Shown piece by piece: positions 58,713 to 64,000 of a stretch of 64,000 nt of DNA. The notes below the pieces were generated by a model that had not been told where the DNA came from, ran no database searches, and saw only the letters and a program-made list of their open reading frames with translations. Source of the stretch: Azolla caroliniana. Its lineage: Eukaryota > Plantae > Polypodiophyta. The position numbers and the translations under genes are program-made. The stretch is taken from the NCBI GenBank assembly GCA_043228905.1, contig JBHGNT010000005.1, positions 20,088,001 through 20,152,000 on the forward strand, read 5' to 3'. Every line of letters begins with the position of its first letter. Position 1 is the first letter of the stretch.

Positions 58713-61700
58713 TCACTTCGGCATGGGATGTCTCTCCAATCCGATCCTCTTCCGGCATGCTTCCAGCTTGTCGGGTGTGAGCACTTTGGTCAGCATATCT
58801 GAGCCGTTCTCGTCCGTGTGGATCTTCGTCAGCACGAACTCCTGGTCTTCTATCCTTTCCCGGATCCAGTGATATCTTCGCTGGATGTGCTTCGTCCGGG
58901 AGTGATAGGCCGCGTTCTTCGCAAGGTGGATGGCACTCTGACTGTCGCAGTAGAGTCGGTACTCCTCCTGCCGGATACCGAGCTCTCTAATGAAGTCCTT
59001 CATCCATATCATTTCCTTGCCGGCTTCAACAGCCGCCATGTACTCCGCCTCCGTGGTTGACAACGCAACCGTCTTCTGAAGCCTCGACTGCCACGAAACA
59101 GCTCCCCCTGTATACGTCATCACATACCCTGATGTGGACCGGCTGGTATCTACATCAGCCAACATATCCGAATCGGTAAAGCCGTCGAGTTCGGGCTTAC
59201 CGGAGCCGAATCGGAGGCATACGTTTGCCGTGCCCTTCAGGTATCGGAGTATCCACTTGACCGCGTTCCAGTGCTCCTTGCCGGGATTGCTCATGTACTG
59301 GCTCACCACTCCGACTGCGTATCCTATGTCCGGTCTTGTACACACCATTGCGTACATCAAGCTTCCAACGGCAGAGGCATATGGTACTTTCATCATGTCC
59401 TCCTTCTCAGCCTTTGTCTTGGGACTTTGCTTGCTAGACAACTTGCAGTTTGTCGGGAGGGTTGACCCGACCGGTCTTGCTTCCGACATGTTGAACCGGT
59501 GAAGCACCTTTGTCACGTACTTCTCCTGTGACAGCCACAACTGCTTCTTCTTCCGGTCCCGGATGATGTGCATCCCTAGTATTTGCCTCGCCGGACCCAG
59601 GTCCTTCATTGAGAAGGTTTGGTGAAGCGCTTTCTTCAGTGTCTGTATCTTGACCCGGTCCCGTCCGACGATCAACATGTCGTCCACGTATAGGAGGAGT
59701 ATTAGAGAGTCTCCTCCTTCGAACTTCTTCACAAACACGCAGTGATCGGGCTGCGTTTTGTGGTACCCTTCGTCGGTCATGAAGGAGTCGAACTTCCGGT
59801 ACCATTGCCGGGGAGCCTGCTTCAGTCCGTAAAGACTCTTCTTCAACCGGCATACCAGGTGCTCCTTCCCTTTCTTCTCGAATCCCTCCGGTTGCTGCAT
59901 GTAGATCTCTTCTTCGAGGTCACCGTGAAGGAATGCCGTCTTCACGTCCATCTGTTCTACCTCGAGGTCCATGCTTGCCGCTATGCTCAGCAAAGTCCGG
60001 ATGGAGGTCATCTTCACTACCGGGGCAAATATCTCGTCGAAGTCGACGCCCTTCTTCTGCTGAAACCCCTTCACCACGATCCTGGCTTTGTATCTCGGGG
60101 GGTTTCCGGCATCTCCCGGTTTCAGCTTGAACACCCACTTGTTTCGAAGTGCCCGCTTTCCTTTCGGCAACTCCACAAGTTCATATGTGTGGTTCTCATG
60201 CAGGGAATCCATCTCGTCCTGCATGGCACTCAACCACCTGCGGCTCTGGGTGTCGTGCTTTGCTTCTTCAAAGCTCTCCGGCTCCCCCTCGTCGGTTAGC
60301 AGTACGTGCTCTGGTTCCGGAAATCTCCGGGGGGCCCTTCTCTCTCTTAGAGGATATCTCCGTTCGGGAGCTTCGGTAACCGGTTGCTCCGTTTCCTCTT
60401 CATCCGAATCTATTTCGGGATCGGGGCCGGTTCCGGTATCAGTTTCATCTTCCTCGGCCGGTTCTGTTTCTTCACCGTCTTCGGCCGGATCCTCGAGTGC
60501 TAACCGGTCCCTTGCCGGTCGGGACTGCTCCTCGTAGAGTTTATCCTCACCGGTCGACTTGGAGCTCTTCATCTTCTTCTCCGACTCCCAGTCGGCGAGT
60601 GTCTTGTCCTCCATGAAGATGATATCTCGACTCCTGAATATCTTCTTGTCGACCGGGTCCCATACTCGGTAGCCGAACTCGTCGTCACCGTAACCGAGGA
60701 ATATGCATGGCCGGGTCTTTGGATCTAGCTTTCCTCTCCAGTCCTTTGCCACATGCACGTATGCGAGACACCCGAACACCTTCAGATGCCAGTAGGATAC
60801 TTCCCTACCGGTCCACACTCTCTGCGGCGTGTCTCCGTCCAAAGGTACTGAGGGTGATCTGTTTATCACGTACGTCGCCGTCGACATTGCCTCAGCCCAA
60901 AATCCCTTGGGTAATTTCGCATGCGCCAGCATACTCCGGACCCTCTCCATTATGGTCCGGTTCATCCTCTCGGCCAGCCCGTTCAGTTCCGGCGTCTTCG
61001 GCACAGTAAACTCGAGCCGGATTCCCTTCGAGCGACAGTACTCCTGGAACTGCCCCCGGTATTCCCCTCCGTTATCCGCTCGTATCGCTTTCAGCTTCTT
61101 GCCGGATTCTCTTTCCACTCTCGCGTGGAGTTCTTTGAAGACGGACAACACTTGGTCCTTTGTCTTCAACGGTGCCGTCCACAGCTTCCGGATGTGATCA
61201 TCAATGAATGTCACGAAGTACTGGGCTCCGCCATGTGACTTCGTTTCTACCTGACACACATCAGTGTGCACCAGCTCCAATGGTGCACTACGTCTCGTCG
61301 GTGGCCTTGAGTGGAAGGAGGTCCGGTTTTGCTTACCGGCCAGGCAGTCGGTGCACTTCTCCAGGTGCACATGCTTCACTGGAATAAGGTTGTCTTCTGC
61401 AAGCCTCTTCATCCCCTTCTCACTCATGTGGCACAGTCTTTTGTGCCACAGCTCACCGGCAGTGTCGGCTGCCACGTTCAGCTCTTCCGGACATAATCGG
61501 GCATTCATCAGGTACAGAGTGTTGACCTTCCGGGCCCGAGCCACTATCAGGCTCCCTTTGCTGAACTTCATGACACCGTTCCGGATGCTACCCGTGTAGC
61601 CTTCATCGTCTAGCCTCTCGGCCGAAATCAGGTTCAATCGAACCTCCGGAACGTGTCGAACATCCTTCAGCAGCATCTTGCATCCGGTTGATGTCATCAA

Positions 61701-62786
61701 CCACACGTCTCCTATGCCGGCAATCCGGCATGTACCTTCATTTCCCATCCGGACAAAGCCGTGCTCACCGGCTGTGTAGGATGAGAAGTATTTCTTCTCC
61801 GGGGTCAGGTGGAACGACGCTCCGGAATCGACCACCCAGGTCATCTCTACGCCGGCAAGGTTCAGCTCCCTCTCTTCGGTAATGAGCATTATCTCTTCTT
61901 CACTTGCCGCAAGTGCCGTCGTTCCTTTCCGGTCCTGCCCTCGCCGATCCGAACCTCTCCGGTCCGTGGCTCCCCGGTATGCACCGTTTCTCTCCGGTGC
62001 CTTCTTCGAATCGGTGTCGTCGGCTCCGTTGTCCTTTCGGTAATGCCGACAATTCTTCCGGAAGTGCCCCGACTTCCCACAGTGGAAGCATGTGGGTCTT
62101 CCTCTTGACTGCGACCGGGTCCCCGACTTCTCCCGTCTTTGCGGACTCCGGTTCCATTGTCTTCCCCGTTCCGATTCGGTGAGCAGCGCCTTCGAGTCGG
62201 AGGCCGGTTCTTTATCTCTCCGACGCGCTTCTTCGTTCAAAATACTTGTCTTTACCGTTTGTAGGGACAAGTTATCTTCGGTGCAGGAGGTGCTGAGAGT
62301 CACCACCAGGTTCTCCCAGCTTTCCGGCAATGTACACATCAGGATGATGGCCTGCATTGCATCCTCCAACGGGAACTTGATCGCCGCAAGCTGGTTCACG
62401 AATCCCATGAACGTGCTTACGTGTTCCACCATACTCTCGCCGTCCCGGTACTTGAGGTTCACTATCTTTCTCATCAGGGAGGTCCGGTTCAACGCATTCT
62501 TCCTCTCGTAGAGGCCCGACAGCTTCCTCCACATCTCATATGCGTTGGTGTCGTTCGCCACGTGTTGTAGAACGCTCACGTCGACGTATTGCCGAATGGT
62601 TGCAACGGCTTTCCGGTTCAGAAGCCTCCACTCCGTCTCAAGTACCCCCTTGGGTATTTCCGACCTGTCGATCGGTTCATACAGGTCCCGAACAATGAGC
62701 AGATCCTCCATCTTTATCTTCCAGTCGGCGTAGTTCTGCGCATTCAGCACCATCATCCCCGGCTGCCCGCTGCTGCCGCCTTCCAT
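58713..62786 (-). CDS. Copia Gag-Pol polyprotein, 1357 aa, uninterrupted
   Basis: Start MEGGSSGQPG just after the PBS. CFHCGKSGHFRKNC, WVVDSGASFH, HTDVC/FIDD/DNGGEY/GLAERMN, QMDVKTAF, YVDDML, FTDSDM/TEAEY. Confidence 0.97.
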   Translation of the reverse strand: MEGGSSGQPGMMVLNAQNYADWKIKMEDLLIVRDLYEPIDRSEIPKGVLETEWRLLNRKAVATIRQYVDVSVLQHVANDTNAYEMWRKLSGLYERKNALNRTSLMRKIVNLKYRDGESMVEHVSTFMGFVNQLAAIKFPLEDAMQAIILMCTLPESWENLVVTLSTSCTEDNLSLQTVKTSILNEEARRRDKEPASDSKALLTESERGRQWNRSPQRREKSGTRSQSRGRPTCFHCGKSGHFRKNCRHYRKDNGADDTDSKKAPERNGAYRGATDRRGSDRRGQDRKGTTALAASEEEIMLITEERELNLAGVEMTWVVDSGASFHLTPEKKYFSSYTAGEHGFVRMGNEGTCRIAGIGDVWLMTSTGCKMLLKDVRHVPEVRLNLISAERLDDEGYTGSIRNGVMKFSKGSLIVARARKVNTLYLMNARLCPEELNVAADTAGELWHKRLCHMSEKGMKRLAEDNLIPVKHVHLEKCTDCLAGKQNRTSFHSRPPTRRSAPLELVHTDVCQVETKSHGGAQYFVTFIDDHIRKLWTAPLKTKDQVLSVFKELHARVERESGKKLKAIRADNGGEYRGQFQEYCRSKGIRLEFTVPKTPELNGLAERMNRTIMERVRSMLAHAKLPKGFWAEAMSTATYVINRSPSVPLDGDTPQRVWTGREVSYWHLKVFGCLAYVHVAKDWRGKLDPKTRPCIFLGYGDDEFGYRVWDPVDKKIFRSRDIIFMEDKTLADWESEKKMKSSKSTGEDKLYEEQSRPARDRLALEDPAEDGEETEPAEEDETDTGTGPDPEIDSDEEETEQPVTEAPERRYPLRERRAPRRFPEPEHVLLTDEGEPESFEEAKHDTQSRRWLSAMQDEMDSLHENHTYELVELPKGKRALRNKWVFKLKPGDAGNPPRYKARIVVKGFQQKKGVDFDEIFAPVVKMTSIRTLLSIAASMDLEVEQMDVKTAFLHGDLEEEIYMQQPEGFEKKGKEHLVCRLKKSLYGLKQAPRQWYRKFDSFMTDEGYHKTQPDHCVFVKKFEGGDSLILLLYVDDMLIVGRDRVKIQTLKKALHQTFSMKDLGPARQILGMHIIRDRKKKQLWLSQEKYVTKVLHRFNMSEARPVGSTLPTNCKLSSKQSPKTKAEKEDMMKVPYASAVGSLMYAMVCTRPDIGYAVGVVSQYMSNPGKEHWNAVKWILRYLKGTANVCLRFGSGKPELDGFTDSDMLADVDTSRSTSGYVMTYTGGAVSWQSRLQKTVALSTTEAEYMAAVEAGKEMIWMKDFIRELGIRQEEYRLYCDSQSAIHLAKNAAYHSRTKHIQRRYHWIRERIEDQEFVLTKIHTDENGSDMLTKVLTPDKLEACRKRIGLERHPMPK

Positions 62787-63464
62787 TTTCTGTGTTACCG
62801 TCGCTCTGATACCAGTTTGTAAAAACAGTGCTCGGCCACAACCGAGGAATGGGATCAACTCACAAAAAAACAGGAAATACAAAATGCACAAAACAATAGA
62901 GAGAAAGGTACACTGGATGTTTTACGTGGAAAACCCTAAATGGGAAAAACCACGGGAGTCCTCAAACTCCAACTATCACTATGAACAGGGATGTACACTG
63001 GTGAAGCTACAAGGCAACAACCTTGAGCTCACTGTCTTCGCCACAGGCGGCGGCAATACACAGAGGCAACGACCTCTTCGTCTCTCTCTCTCTCTCTCTC
63101 TCGGCTGCTCTCACTTCGCATGAAAAATTAAGCAACAACATAAACTGTTTGCCCTAAGTCATATTTATACACATATGACTTTCGGGCTATTTACAAATAT
63201 AGCCTCAAGGGCTCTTGGCAAACATATTCACAAATATGTCCCCGCATCCGGATCTCCCTCCGGGTACATTCGTCATCCGGCTCCGTAACCGGGGTCTTCA
63301 GCATCCGGCTCCGTAGCCGGGGTATTCATCATCCGGCTCCGTAGCCGGGGTCTTCAGCATCCGGCTCCGTAGCCAGGGTCTTCGTCATCCGGCTCCGTAA
63401 CCGCAACCGGGCTTGCCGTCATTCATCTCCGGACATCCCATCCGGAGGGACCGAAATCCCAACA

Positions 63465-64000
63465 TTGCAGACAGTATGGTTAGGATGCCTCCAACTGTTA
63501 GTCGATTAAGAAGAAGGAGAACGGTCGGCGATTCAAGCGAATCCAAGACAATTTGATTTGAATTGTTCTCCCACTGGCAACCAAGTTAATGTTGCCAAAT
63601 CCCGGTCGGGAGAAATGCTCTCCATGGAATTATCGACCGGTGAAATTCTATACAACACGTAAGATGCGCAAATGTGGTTGTTAGACTCTGGAGCTACATT
63701 TCATGTGACCCCCGACATCGAATGGTGCTCGGACTATTCGGCCGGCACCAGTGGCACAATTCAACTAGGCAATGGGCAAGAGTGTGTAATCATAGGGATC
63801 AACGAGGTTCCCATCCAATTGTCAAACAATAATACTATCACCCTACACCAAGTCTGGCACATACCCACACTGAAAAGGAGTGTGGTCTACATCGGCATGC
63901 TAGCCAAAGCCGGGTACAAAACGACTCTCAATGAGTCCTCATGGACGATTAGTCGAGGAAATCTGAAGATCGAGAACGGATACAAATACAATAACGGGAC
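63465..64000 (+). pseudogene. Continuation of the host copia: zinc-knuckle end and protease
   Basis: Joined reading CTHC-RQYG*DASNC, then WLLDSGATFHVTP...LGNGQEC. Confidence 0.85.

Larger units (their letters stand above)
58056..63464 (-). mobile_element. Very young full-length Ty1/copia (Tnt1/Tork-like)
   Basis: LTRs 58056-58702 and 62818-63464, both 647 bp, no difference found by eye. Perfect TSD TTGCA. PBS-iMet 62803-62814. PPT overlaps the stop codon. Confidence 0.98.

Noticed and set aside
62787-62891. N-terminal 35 aa of the 1392-aa ORF call
   Set aside because: Lies in the LTR and PBS; the ATG at 62786 is the plausible start.

Overview
Eukaryotic land-plant genomic DNA (my guess is a large-genome non-seed plant such as a fern; the sequence alone cannot prove this). 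About 75% is nested LTR retrotransposons flanking a small gene island. (1) 1-36.9 kb is a four-level nest: an Athila-like Ty3/gypsy shell (10097-35266) contains a decayed Ty1/copia (13871-34671), which contains a decayed Ty3/gypsy (about 17241-32949). The protease gene of that gypsy was hit twice, 2 bp apart, by an intact copia (18822-24296) and by a young pol-less LTR element (24308-28908). (2) 39.8-47.5 kb holds two convergent genes: an intronless molybdenum-cofactor-sulfurase-like (aminotransferase class V fold) gene apparently lacking both catalytic residues, and a 5-exon PUB13-like U-box/ARM E3 ligase. (3) 51.7-64 kb is a second nest ending in an intact copia with apparently identical LTRs (58056-63464). 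The most interesting object is the 24308-28908 element. It has a tRNA-Trp primer site, a 4-bp TSD, and one ancestrally continuous ORF of about 1270 codons that fuses only the N-terminal half of a Gag capsid to long repetitive low-complexity sequence. It shares a hairpin+PPT+att cis-module with the gypsy it sits in, so the two look like a non-autonomous/helper pair. All comparisons were made by eye; no database searches were run.
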